The position numbers were made by a program, and so were the translations under genes. This document shows, piece by piece, positions 13,273-27,062 of a DNA stretch of 64,000 bases. Numbering within the stretch: position 1 is the stretch's first letter; each line of letters begins with the position of its first letter. The notes under the pieces were generated by a model. That model was not told the origin of the DNA, did no database searches, and saw nothing but the letters and a program-made list of their open reading frames with translations. The stretch is from contig OX597814.1 of assembly GCA_951406725.2 (NCBI GenBank), positions 158,410,001-158,474,000 on the forward strand. The letters are read 5' to 3'. This DNA comes from Octopus vulgaris. Lineage: Eukaryota.

Positions 13273-13904
13273 CGTGCGTGCGTGTGTCTGTATGTAGGTT
13301 CAAACACACACACAAGTACACACTCGTACACAAATGCATATACATACACAAACACATATTTATGTGCATTCATCTGGTGAAGCAGGGAAAATAAAAATAT
13401 CTCAACTACCACAGTAAGAGTTCCCCGATATTATGCATTAAATGGCGTTAGATCAAAAACAACACTAGAAGAATGTGTGCCTAACACACACACACACACA
13501 CATACACAGACATACACAAGCACACACACGCACATACACACACAGAGAAACGTGAAGAATGACTGACGTTTAGAAAAAAGAAATTTATTATGACAAAGTT
13601 ACACAATGAACTTGCTTTTGTTTTGGCGGAAGAAAGAAAACAAACTGGTTACATTCAAAATTGCTTCTATCTACATTTATGATTATATTTACCATGTGTA
13701 TTCCTATTTTAGTGAATGTAAGTCATATTCCTTCAAGAGAGGTGTTTAAAAGGTTTGGTGACAGTAAAGGTGCTGAGCTGTAAAATACAGCTTAATAAAT
13801 CGTCCAGCACGTACTAGCATGGAAAAGTGGATTGATGATTAAACGCTTCTAAAATAAATATAACTCGTTTTTCTTTTTTTCTTTTCTCCTTTCTCTTTTT
13901 TATT

Positions 13905-14074
13905 ATTTGTTTCAATCATTTGACTGCGGCCATGCTGGATCACCGCCTTTAGCCGAATAAATCGACACAGGACTTATTCTTTGTAAGCCTAGTACCTAAT
14001 CTATCGGTTGTCAAGTGATGATGGGGACAAACACAGACACACAAACATACACATACACTCACATACACACAGGC

Positions 14075-14112
<38 letters not shown>

Positions 14113-14114
14113 AT

Positions 14115-14184
<70 letters not shown>

Positions 14185-14335
14185 GAGGTCTTCTTTCAGT
14201 TTCCGTCTCACAAGGCTTTGGTCGGCCCGAGGCTATAGGAGAAGACACTGGCCCAAGGTGCCACGCAGTGGGACTGAACCCGGAACCATGCGTTTGGTAA
14301 GCTAGCTACTTACCACAGAGCCATGCCTGCGCCTA
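13905..14335 (-). mobile_element. tRNA-derived SINE (same family as 6240-6602)
   Basis: GCCCAAGGTGCCACGCAGTGGGACTGAACCCGGAACCATG head complement, internal (CA)n/(TA)n, and GACTGCGGCCATGCTGG tail. Confidence 0.9.
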
Positions 14336-16645
14336 TATACCTTCCATATATCTGATTTAAAATGAAAATATACGATGATGAAATATAATTCATTAACTAG
14401 CCATCTGTATTTCCTTACTCCACGCTGGAGACATGATACAGAAAAGTGGCGTGATGATGGATATGAAACCAACGAGAAATATCAAATATTAAATAATGCA
14501 TGCAATATAACATATCGGGACTTTTATGATAGGTAAGTTTAAAAAATAAGAAAAACAACATAGAGAGAGACAGAGACAGACAGACAGACAGACAGATATA
14601 CAGACAGACATTTAGAGATAGGAAAAGAAAGAGATAGTGGCCTACATTGTTGAATTTGAAATACATGTCAAATCTCACTCTAATTACATCCTACTGTATT
14701 GAAAAGAGAGTAATATGAATAATGTTGTCCTTAGATACGAAAACCTCGTGAGAAGAGCGAGGTGGAACACTTTTGCAGACGGATCTGCTCACTTAATGTT
14801 TATCTAAGGCTAAATAATAATGTATGATACTGGCTTTTTCCTTTCATCAGATACAAAAGGAAAAATGAAAAAAATCATCAAAATAAATCAAAAACCTTTA
14901 GATAGAAAGATTTAAAATACTTTCTATCTCTTGATATCTATACCTGAAGGAATTATTGCATACATCAACATCTCCAACTATTCATACTAACATTATAAAA
15001 TCAAACTAAATTGAGGGGGAAAATCACAGTAGTAAAATTTACATACAGACTTCTATGTTCAAGTATCGTACACTTAAGAAACTTCAAATTAAAAGTGATC
15101 AAACTTCTTCATGAAAAGAAAACACTTGCGTTATTTCATCAATATATTATGACTACATCTTCCTCTGCCCACTTATAAACAAAATACAAAAGTCGACAGA
15201 ATATTTTTCAGATCGTCAAGTCTACAGAGAGTACAAATATAGTCTGTTTGATCTGTAGATTATTGTACGTGGTACCGCCATGATATTCGTTGCACATAAC
15301 AATTTTCAATTTGTTTCCACCTCCAAATCTGGAACCTTATATGCTTCTATGCCAATGTATTAATTGGAGATTAAGTAAATTATAATCCTTGGATGGAAAA
15401 AAGACTTTTGATCTATGCACATGATGAAAGTGCAAATTTCTTGAAATATAAATAGCTTTAGATTCTTTAATAAGGAACATTTGCTGAGAATCTCTTTTTT
15501 TGTGGATAGCACATTGGTAAAAGAGAGAAAAAATTTAGATTCTTGTCAAGTAATGCGAATTTTAGTAATTGATATCGGAATATGTTCTTATATAGTGAAT
15601 TAAATAACACTGCAACGATCAGTTTTAAAATTGTTTCTAATAAGCAATTAACTTAAATTAAACATCTATAAATGTGACATTAGACTATCCTGACAGAGAC
15701 GATTAAATATATTACGCTTCTTATTTATCTATTTAGAATCACGCAACCACATGCCCATAAAAAAATTAAAGGATACCTTCTGATTATTTTATCTGTCAGC
15801 TTAAACTAGAAATATATTTAATGAGATTAAAATAACTGTTAATGAAAACCAAAGGAAAATTTGAATCTGTTTCTCTACTCCTATGCCATATCATATACTA
15901 TAATCATATGCCATATTCATCTAAAAGTTACTATTATTGTTGTCCTGCATTTGTATTAGGATCTCTTAAGTTATATAGGTTTCTGAAAAATCCAACCAAA
16001 GTAATGTTATTGCACTTGATGTTAGAAAACATCTTCAGAAAATATAGGTGCAACTAGCAAACTTAAACTACATGACCTTTTTTTTTGGGTGGGGGGAGAA
16101 AAAATATTGGTTCTCTAAAATAATTCCACTATTTACCAACTCAATTCTTCGTGTTAATATATCATACATTCCATTGATTCAGCATATATTTTGCTCTTAC
16201 TCAGTCAATCACCCTCTCCAAGGTTTACAATATTCTTTCAAAGAAGCGATATTTTCTTATCCAGAAGGACTTTGATAACTGCTATCTTTCCATATCATTT
16301 ACTTTATCAGTAAGTTTGAAGCAGAGTATCAAAATCAAATATGCTTCAGTGGCCTTTCAACTTAAATCACTTTAATGCAAAATATACCGTTCAGTTAAAT
16401 GCATATATCGATCAAATATATTACAATGTTTTAATGTAAAACTATAATGTAATTTATATTTTGACAAATTTAAACAATAACGCAATAAAAGTTACTAATG
16501 AGTTATAGAGTTACTATTCAGTACTTCGACAGTAATCAAATCTCCCTCGGGGGCAATGTTACTTAGATGGATACAGTAGAAATCCCCAAAAGCTGTATTG
16601 CATGCCGTTGGGATAACGCAAATAGAATGTGTAACGAGACATATA

Positions 16646-17544
16646 CAGTGTGGATAAATGTACGTAGGCATTGAAAATTGTTTATAAAATCCATATTCCA
16701 TTTACAGAATTATTGAAACAAATAATACATGTTCTTTATTACATGGGGAAATGAAATTGAATCTTAATATTTCAACGTAAGCACCAGTGGCATCAATCAT
16801 TTTCCTCAAACGGCCAGGGATGGAATGAACAACCTTCTGAAGGACGTCGTGTCGGATATCACTGAGAACCTTCTGAATCTGTATCTCCAAGTCCTCCAGT
16901 AAGCGATGTTTTGTCTGGTACACCTACAATTTTTGTAACCCCACAGGTAAAAATCATATGGATTGAGTTCTTGACTTCTTGGAGGCCATTCCTGAGGTCC
17001 ACGTTGTCCCATCAGGCTTTAGTTCCTGCACGTAATGAGGTATCAACGGACGAAAATTCAATTCTTTATGCAAAACTGTACGTTTCTTGTCTTGTTAGTC
17101 CACTTTCACGAGTTGGTTGACGTGTTGATTTTTGCGGGCTACGATTAAACATTTCCTGCTTTGAAGCTACGTTCTCCACTGATCGGGATGTGGTTGGACG
17201 GTCACTTCTTCTTGTATTGTCCACAGAGCTCGTGGTCATCAGCTTTGCATGACGACTTTTTCTTGTCTCCGGACGTAGTGTTGCATGCTTACGTTTGCAT
17301 GAACGCCACTGTCTCTGACCAAAACAATGGAATTCCACACATCATTGTGTGCTGCTATCATAGCTCACTCCTGAACAGTCAAGTGATTGGTCATCTGGAA
17401 AAAAAGGATTAAGATAATAAGAAAATAAAAAATCCCTATTCGTGTTATTCGTGTTGTCTGTTTAAAAAAATGATTTTGTCATGACTTCAGTGATACTAAA
17501 AATTATATAAGCAACTTCTAATGCCTAGTTACTTTCCACTGACC

Positions 17545-17547
<3 letters not shown>
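16646..17547 (-). mobile_element. Deleted Tc1/mariner-superfamily element (WPPRSPDL-type, maT/rosa-like)
   Basis: Imperfect TIRs starting CAG with TA flanks. Motifs WPPRSQELNPYDFYLWGY, RSDRPTTSRS and GAYVE. Confidence 0.85.
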
Positions 17548-17604
<57 letters not shown>

Positions 17605-17686
17605 ATGTGTGTGTGTGTGTATGTTTATGTATATAATACATATTTATGATGAATGTTGATCTAGCCATATTTATTTAAAGTATGTA

Positions 17687-18970
17687 CGATGGGTGTTCAT
17701 TAAAGATTTCCCCTGGCCCACTTCCGATTATTGTAGAATATGGAACTTCTAATGGTATAACCATGCATGTCTCTACATATCACATTGTAAATTGCAGCTT
17801 TCCACTAGTATTCGTTTGTCTTTTACGGCTGCTGAAGTGGACTAAGGTGTTATAATGGAGGCAGTTGAATGCAGATCAGTGATCAGGTTCTTATACTTGA
17901 AAAGCCGTACTCCAAGAGACTTTCGATGAGATGAAAGAAGTGAACGGTGACGATGCACCATCATAGGACGTAGTCAAGCACTGGCATTGTCAGTTCAAAT
18001 GTAGTAGGACATCGATGGAAACTGCTCCTATTCCCGGACTACCATATTCCACCCTTAATGACGACACCAGCAATAAAGTGGAAGCTGCCATTTTGGAGGA
18101 TTGCCACATAACTATTCGGCAACTAACCCAAGAAATGAAGATAAGTGAAGGGTCTGCGGAAAAAAATCACTCACGACCCTATGCGCATACGGAAGTTGTC
18201 TGCATGATGGATTCCCCGGATGCTTATTTTGAGAGGCAAGAAGGAGCCAATTGCTCCCAGGCTCTTTTAGCAATGTGCTAAGAAAATGAGGAGGACTTTT
18301 TCGGCAGACTTATCACACAGGATGAAACATGGGTCCATCACTATGATTCTGAGACGAAAGCCCAATCGAAGGAATGGAAGCATGATAACTCACCACCTTC
18401 AAAGTAGGCTCATATCCAGTCCTCAGCAGGCAAGGTGATGCTCATAGTCCTTTAGGACCAACGCGGGGCAGTGATGATCGGTGTTCTAGCAAAGTGTACC
18501 ACCATTAACCGGGCATATGATGGTTCTCTGATGCAGAAATTGCGAGATACCATCAAAGCAGAGAGGCGTGGCATGCTCACCAAAGGAGTCAGCCTCCTCC
18601 AAGACAGTGCCCCAGTTCACAATGCACATGTTACTCAGATGAAAGCGCATTCCTGCGTCTATGAAAACATTCTTCATCCCTCTCACTCTCCCGACCTTGC
18701 ACCATCCGACTTTCACCTCTTTCCAATCATGAAGGAGAAGCATTTTTCAGACGATGATGAACTTATTTCCGAGGTAAAGTCTTGGCTCCAGAAGCAACCT
18801 GCTGACTTCTACAGACTTCACAGACTTCAGTCTTCACAGTTGCATAAAGCAATGGTAGAAGTGTGTCACAATTGGTGATGGCTATGTAAAGTACTATTAA
18901 TTATGCCAAGTTTCGTTTATCCCATTCATTTGGAAGTGGGTCAGCGGAAATCGTTAATGAACACCCCTCG
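17687..18970 (+). mobile_element. Full-length decayed mariner (DD34D)
   Basis: TIRs CGATGGGTGTTCATTAAAGATTTCC / GGAAATCGTTAATGAACACCCCTCG with TA TSD. ATG at 17855; motifs ITQDETWVHHYD, LQDSAPVH and HSPDLAPSDFHLF with stops and frameshifts. Confidence 0.95.
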
Positions 18971-21432
18971 TAGTAACGTCAACAAATTTAGACAACTTTC
19001 TTTGCCGTTGCTATTTAAGAAATGTTTACATTTTAAAATTATTTATGGTAACATTAAGAACTGTAAAAATGGCGGGGGCTTAAATGATAGAGGGAAATAA
19101 GTGAAAGAAGCGGGGAAAATTTTCATTGCCTGGCAACACTTTTTCATATTCTTCCTCTTTATCATTTTCCTTCCTTTCGGGTTCTTCAAATCTATATTCT
19201 TAGATTCCCTACTACTGTCCTTGTTTCCCGCCAATGAAATATTCTGGACTCCTAGTGATGTACGGACTAATTAATTTAAATTTCGAAACTTTAGTGGCTT
19301 TTTGATTAAATTTTTAAATATTTGTTAATTAATGTTTTCCTGTGAATAAAGAAATGAATTATTGGGAAGTGTGGGAACTATTATCTATAGAGTTAACACA
19401 AAAAATCTTATGTGAGATTTTAATTGAGTTTTATGTAAGAAAATGTAATTGAAGAAGAGAATTGAATTCTCTTTACTATATATTTAGTGAAATAAACTCA
19501 GACCAAGGAATTGCATAAATAAATATCACAAGGCTTTCTTGTCTCGATGCTTTAACGATTTTGCGAATTCATTGCTGTGGGGAGAAGCTTTATTAGTAGT
19601 ACCGAAGATACAACAAATCTTAAATGATGCTTCATATCAGAAAAATTTGAAAGTGAATGCTCCGCTTTAAACACTTAGCATCTTATTCTTCTGAACTCGA
19701 AAAATGAACGAATACTGGGAGTCATAATGAATTCGTTGTAGACACAAAGAAGTGAACAGTGAAAATATTAAATTAATGTTGCCCGTTTCAGAATTTTCAG
19801 TTTGGCGAATATATAATTAATTGAATAGTGAAAATATAATTTGATTTTACAAACAGATAACAGAAAAGAGTAAAATAAACAAAATATTTATTTTTGCTGT
19901 CTAAGCGAAAGGCATTAACTCTTTATGACCAATATATCTTTATGACAATATATCTAGGATTACATTACCTAATGTGACCTTCCTTTATTAGCATTTACAT
20001 GTGTGGTTTGAGGGTTATTTGAATGTCGTTTCTATTAGGTCAAATTACTTCATTTCAAAGAGGCTCCTTCATTGGCTCGCTGACACGCATTGTTTTATGT
20101 TGGGCTGTTGCATTCATTTAAAAAACTAATACATTTAAAATACACTACAAATTAAGAAAGATATAATTAATATTATTAGTGAAAAATGAATGCATTGAAT
20201 AGATTCCTAGGAACACATGCTGGAATATTGTGCTTGTAAAAGATATTAAAAAAATAGGATTAATGCTTTAGAATAAATAATCCAGCCGTAGCAGCTAACC
20301 AGGGACATTATAGAATAAAACAGAATTACCGACTGACCCACGAATATGTTATATATACTTATCAATCAATAAATCTCTATGTAGTCGCTCCACTTGTTAA
20401 AATAGCTAGCACATCTCCCTCAAAGCATAATCTATTCTTTTATAGAAGGAAGAACCGATTAGATAATATGAAGAAAAATGTATACAAAAAAACCATGATG
20501 GCCACGGTTGAAATATTTAATCTGCAAATAACTGGAGCTAATAAGAAAAGTCAAGCAAACGAAGAAACTTCTGCGTGGTTGCTCAAATCTGCGAGAATTA
20601 CGGGGAATTTTTTTCTTAACTCACGCCATATAACTCAGTGTAATATGGCTTTGGGTTATTCTGTATTAAGGTAAAAAATGGTCATAATTAGAATCAGCGA
20701 CTTTCTTAGACTTGAACTGGGATCGAAATGAAGATTACTGAAACAGGTGAAAAGAGTTATATCTGGTTAAAATTACTCTATAATACGAAGGAATTATTTT
20801 GTTCTCACAGAGTGATATTATCAGTAATATCTTGGAAGGCATCCATATTGCATATACATTACCTTTATACTCATTCGAATTAATCTAGATATATATTATT
20901 AGAAAGTTGTTCCATCGAGAGCATCAGAACAAAGTCAACAGAAGCAAGAGAGGAAAATTATTTCAAGCCTGTTGATATATCGCCTATCAACACGCCGGCC
21001 TTTTAATAATCATAACAATAACAAAAGAAATTTGAACTGAATATTTGTATTAAATTGCTAAATGCTAGTTAGTTTGTTGGGTAAATAAATTAGATGTTTT
21101 TATAACATTGTTTCCACTCCAGCTTTGTTTGAACATACTAGACCATCCCGTGGGATTTGTTGATTTAACTATAATAGGAACAATATGAAATAAGTGACGA
21201 CAAAAATGGAACAAAAATTTAAGATGGTGAAAATCTGAGCAACCGAAAAATGTATGTGGCTATATTTTTCTCATCATATATACATACATATATGTATGTG
21301 TATCTGTACTCGTGTGTGTGTGTGTGTCTGTATGTGTGTGTGCATGCGTGTGTGTGCGTGTGTGTATGTTTGTGTCAGCATCGCCGTAGTCAAATGACTG
21401 AAATAAGTAAAAGAATAAAAGAATATATACAT

Positions 21433-21491
<59 letters not shown>

Positions 21492-21864
21492 AAGACTTTA
21501 CAATGTATCGGAGTACTTATTTTTTAATTTTTGTATGTATTTATTATTATTTTTTTGCAAAAAACAATGTAATTTTCTTTTTTCCCCCTCCTCACATTTA
21601 AAATTTTTTTTTTCCTTTACAATTCTTGAAAAGTCACATTATGACGAAAACCTAATATATAATTATATATTTTATCAATTTTTCAAAAAGTTTTTCCATA
21701 CACCCATTTTCATTAAAATTTTCTTTCAATTTAGCATACTGCCTTTTTACAATTTTTCCTTGCTTATCATTTCTCCACGTGCGGTCAACACAACCCCACC
21801 ATTTATTGATATATATATATATATATATATATATGCGAGAATGAAGCAACAAGAATGGATAGGT

Positions 21865-21955
21865 TTTTAGTACAATCGTTTCATACAAGGACAGGTTTTA
21901 TTAAAAGTTGCAAAAATTACAGCATATAAACGTGTCCCGTACTCATCAGCTAAAA
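21865..21955 (-). ncRNA. Type I hammerhead ribozyme with extended stem II
   Basis: TTTTAG-CTGATGA-GTACGGGACA...TGTCCTTGTAT-GAAA-CGATTG-TA-CTAAAA. Canonical core, 6-bp stem I, long stem II, GUA cleavage triplet. Confidence 0.85.
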
Positions 21956-23425
21956 TACATGTGAGTTCTCTAGACATCCTAGTGGTTGAGGCTATACTCA
22001 TGAAGTAATGTAGATAATTAAGTAACATAAACAGATTTCAAAAGTTCATTAAAGTTCTTTAAAGATGATGTACAGTCTTATCACAGAATTTTAAAAAAGT
22101 CTTAATAGCATCACAGAGGAGGTGACCTAATCCATAGTGCACATATGAATTTCCAGAGATATGATGAGGGATTACATACTCACAGAAGACAAATTTATCC
22201 ATTGTTAATTACAACGAGGTGGGTTTCAATTCCTGCTTATTAGCATTACAGAGAGGGTGAATTAATCCTTTGTATAGATGCACAATTTCCAATGGTGTAG
22301 ATGTAAATTTCAAGGAATTTCATATTCACAGGCGATAAATTTATCAATGGTTGAACACAATGAGGTAGGTATCAATTCTTGTTATATGATTAGGTATTTG
22401 CCACATTAATCACATTACTGCTATTTACAAGAGGCTGTAGCTATTTAACTTTTAAAGGCTGAAGGGCTTTCTAGAGCTGTATAGAATAGAAAAGGGAAGG
22501 GAATAGAAGAAAAGAGAGAAAATAAAGGAGGAGGGATCAAAAAGGGGGGAGGGGGACTCAAAGAGAAGAGAAAAGGAAAAAGAGAATAAGAAGAAGAAAA
22601 AGAAAAAAGAGAAAAGAGAAAGAAATAGGGAAGGAAGGGAAAAAAAAGAAAAAAGAAGAAAGAAGAAAGAAAAAGAAAAAAAAGAGGGTTCTAGTTATAC
22701 AGAAGAATTAGTAGACGGCAAGTCTGGTTTTAAATTACAGGCATCTAGGAATTAGAGGAGAATATTATTCTTTGACCAGTAAAACAGCTAATTTATTGCT
22801 GTTGAAATCAGCTATGAATTTAAAGAGAATCTAAAGAGATAACACAGTTAGGGGTTTAGGGGTCAGATGCTAAAATCACCAGAAAATACATTAGGAAAAA
22901 CTAGGTATAATCTTATCAAAAAGTCATTAAAATTTACTTATTTAATTTATTCATTTTATTGTCTTAAGGAGTTGCCGTTATTATTCATACATTGACGGGA
23001 CTACAGGTCAAATCTTAGAAGATCATTTAAAAGGTGTTAGGGGATTGTCTATCATAATGAAGATAATCATATTATCACCGAGGGAATAGCCTTATTTATT
23101 TAATTTTGAAATAGAATTATGGGTCTATAGTAACTCATTTTAATTAATTAGAGTTATGCTAATTAAATTAGATTAAGTTAGGAATTAAAATTAAAAATTA
23201 CAATTAAGATTTAAAATTAAGAATTTAAAGATTGTGAGTTTGAAATTAAATAAAGCCTCAATTAAGCAGCGAATAAGTGCTATTCATTTCCCTGTTCTCA
23301 AAAAACTGATGCAGATATAAGGAAAAAGATAACTGTAGTGTGAGAACTCTTAGTTATCTACTTAAAGCAGTGCTATACCAGTAGAAATCAAGTTATATCT
23401 ATCTATCTAGTTACGAATATTCTAA

Positions 23426-23860
23426 TCATTTAAAATATTTTAAAGTCTTCAATTTAGCGTGGACACAAACTTGACCTAGTTCGATATGGTTATTCAATAG
23501 GTTTCTATGTTTTCTATGCTTTAGAATTTCATATGTCTCCATGGAGCATAGTTGACAACCAACCCTACTATTTTTATACGGAATTGCTCTCCTAACTATT
23601 TCCCAATTAAGGTTATAATTTTTATTATTATTTTTGAGTTCCCAGATTTTGTTTGAAAGTGTGGTGGTACCAGCTTTATGACGTAATTTAAAAGTCGAGA
23701 TGTGATTTCTAACTCTGGCTAAAAAATTAATTGTACATCCAATGTAACAATATTTGTTATTCTCCGTGGATATGGTACACTTATAGATTACATTATTTTC
23801 CCCACATAGACCAGGTGCCGGGCATTTTGATTTTATTCTACACTTACACACACTTACACA
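23426..23860 (-). CDS. GIY-YIG endonuclease domain of a Penelope-like element (open frame; start uncertain)
   Basis: ORF-track protein with VIY-YIG, conserved R, E and N residues and flanking Cys/His motifs. Confidence 0.8.
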   Translation of the reverse strand, partial: CVSVCKCRIKSKCPAPGLCGENNVIYKCTISTENNKYCYIGCTINFLARVRNHISTFKLRHKAGTTTLSNKIWELKNNNKNYNLNWEIVRRAIPYKNSRVGCQLCSMETYEILKHRKHRNLLNNHIELGQVCVHAKLKTLKYFK

Positions 23861-24287
23861 CATATATATATATATGTATATATATGTAACATATGGTATG
23901 ATTCTAGACATGGCAAATTTTAGCCATTTCTCCGCAGACTGAAAAAGCAATGATGAACAAACTTAATCGATTTTCGAACCTTACTGGGTTATCATCAGAG
24001 TACATGGATAAGTCTATTTCATTTTCATCAATGGGGTCCCAATGAAAAATTTTCTCCCATTGATGTAAATGAAATTTAAACCATATGGAAATGAATAGAA
24101 ACAATGCCTATTCCCATTATATCAACAAATTTCAATAATGGGGCTAATCCCCCCTATATTGCACATTTTGGAAGCCCATAACTTGTGTATTTGCACCTCT
24201 ATTATCACGGTGTTTTTCTATTAATTAAACGTAAAACAACAAAATTACCTCTCTTTTATAGGAAAATTCTGAAACTTTACATATTTA

Positions 24288-25361
24288 TCTATGGCAAAAT
24301 TATAGAATTATAGAATTATAGCAAGAAAATTTATTTGTGAATGCCTCTAATTTTTTTCTTTTACATTTTCTTATAATTCATTATTCTCCAGGTACCCATT
24401 ATGCCACGGAAAAGGAAGTCCATTTATGCAAATACTCCACATGCACAAAGATTGAAGCTTCGTCGTCAATCTGAAAGCTGTGATGCATGGGAAGAACAGC
24501 TTTCTAGGCAAAGCCAAAGCCAAAAATAGTCTCACCCATCTGAAAGTTGTGATACAAGGGAAGAACGACTTTCTAGACAAAGACATAGGCAAACAGAGTC
24601 TTGGCAAAATGAACCCTTTAGTGAGCGTCAAGAAAGACAGAAGCAAAATATATTTCGCCATATAGTTGCAAGAAGAAATGAGTCCGAAGAAGAGAGACAA
24701 CAGCGTTTGATTCCTGATAGAAAGAGGTATGAATATGTAAGACAACGTGATATTCAAAACGCTAAACTTTTTGCATGACAAAAATGTAACAAGATTGGAA
24801 TTGGAGAAATGACCAAAGATTGTCAGTGTGGCACTAAAAGATTTTCTGGAGAATCACCAGGAATGTGCTGTTTACCCTGGAAAGGTTACATGGGATCCAT
24901 TTCCACCCCTACCTCAATTATTTTAAGAACTGTTCACTGAGGAATGTCAATACAGTAAACACTTGTCAAGGCTTGGGGTATACAACTCTCTGTTTGCCAT
25001 GACCAGCTTTGGTCACAATGATGAATCTGCCCAAGGTTGGAATTCATCTGTAAGAATCCAAGGTCAAATTTACCATTAACTTTGAGAAAATAAGCGTGCG
25101 AAGGGAAAACATGCTCAGCGTTTTAATGCTCCAACAGGGGCTGAAGTGGCAATTTTAATGTCAAATTATTAAAACAAAGGGGAATGAGAATTTCAGAGTT
25201 ACATCGATCCTATAGTCCTTTCATGTATCCATATTTTTTCATTATATATATTTGGAAGGGAGAAATTACCGCCAAGGAACAGTGAAACATCACGATTGGA
25301 GGATTTCGCAACTCACCAATTATGCTACTTAATCCCGAGCAACGCCGAGTATGCCAGCTGG
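24288..25361 (+). mobile_element. Internally deleted Helitron (RepHel N-terminal remnant plus 3' terminus); 5' boundary uncertain
   Basis: From ATG 24401: MPRKRKS...IGEMTKDCQC..RFSGESPGMCC..GKV...YNSLFAMTSFG...IQGQIYH...RFNAPT..EVAIL...ISELHRSY. Ends with a CCCGAGCAACGCCGAG hairpin-like motif and CTGG|T. Confidence 0.85.
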
Positions 25362-25543
25362 TACGTTTATATATAAATGTATATGTGAATATGATTTGCA
25401 TAAATTTGATTCTTACTTCTACATTATTCTAACGCCTCAGGTTTAAATGGCTGGAGCACTTCAAAGAGAAGTCTATGCAATGGAGAAAATGTTTTTCCTT
25501 ATAATCATATATGTATATATACATACATACATACATACATACA

Positions 25544-25577
<34 letters not shown>

Positions 25578-25682
25578 CATGCATACATACATACATACAT
25601 AATACATACATACATACATACATACAGTCATACATACATACATACATACATACATACATACATACATACATACATACATACA

Positions 25683-25713
<31 letters not shown>

Positions 25714-26027
25714 GGCAAGTATCTTCCACCATAGTTTCAGGCCGGTCAAAGCTGCTATAATCGATTTTCGAACGGCTTTCCTTTTTAGGGAAAAAAAACC
25801 GTTGGAGAACCGTTGGTAAATCGCTGCTATAAAGCAGCGATTCCATATAAGAATATCTCAAGAAGGAATTGTATTCCGAAATATCATCGGACTATGGATA
25901 ACTAAATTACAACAAGTATATTGTCCATTTTTTTTTAATATTATAGTGCATTGTACCATTCAAAATTTGTTATTCTTTACAAACAATACACAATGCTTCA
26001 AGCGAAATACAATACTCTCATATATAT

Positions 26028-26089
<62 letters not shown>

Positions 26090-26996
26090 TATACACATGT
26101 ATGTTTTTATGTGTTAATCTGTGATAATGGATCAATGAATCACTGGCGAGGAAGACAAAAGAGCGAATCGTACTCAGGACTTTTATACAGAGTGGAACAC
26201 ATTTATCCACAACTGAGTTTTCGTGACTCACTATTCGGATGTTCTCGTGCCAGTCTTCCAGGCGACCGAATATCAACTTTTAAGTCTGTGTGACTCTATG
26301 TACTTGTGTGAAATTTTAGTCGCATTAAAAATAGATCTAACTAATGACCTTCAAAACAATAAGCTAATCTTCAGATCTGACAAGCAACAAGACCTACACT
26401 ACCTACATCTTTAGGAAACTGAATTAATCACCAGAGGATCAAATGTCACTTGCATCTAATTTAACCTTCTTTTCTTACCCTCTTCACTCAAATCTTTGTG
26501 TAGCAGGTATGATGTCTAGTCAGACAGTTGTGGTCATATAATTCCTTTATATATTTCATTTCTCTATGATTTTAAATTTATATTCTCAAATACTTCCTCT
26601 CATACTTTCTGTTTTTTTTTTCATGAGTATTTCTTTTATTCTGGAGATTTTCTTCTTTCTCTTCTATTCATTTAATTTTATTCTACCACTTTTATACTAT
26701 CTATTGCTTGATGGTTGTTTTCTCTTTTTCTGCCTATACCACAGCACACTTGTATCTAAGAGTCACAGCTCAGAATCTTTCCAATTATCAGCTGTTGTTA
26801 CAGAAAGCCGTCTGATATTTGTGCATTAAAGGAAACTTCCAAGGATAGATATTTAACCGCTAGAGGATCAGGAATTTTGAACACTAGTTAGTGACTCGTT
26901 CTAACTCAGCAATAAGTATATATGCATATAGATAGATAGATATACATGCATAAATACATACATACACACATACACTTATATATGCGGGGGCTACAT

Positions 26997-27062
<66 letters not shown>

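Larger units (their letters stand above)
21835..24230 (-). mobile_element. Penelope-like element derivative: Naiad-type GIY-YIG ORF, long 3' region and terminal hammerhead
   Basis: ORF 23426-23950 reads CKCR..KCP..GLC..NVIY..YIGCT..F..R..NH..CQLC..E..N..E..CVH. An HHR lies at 21865-21955 on the same strand; the element ends in (TA)n. Confidence 0.8.
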
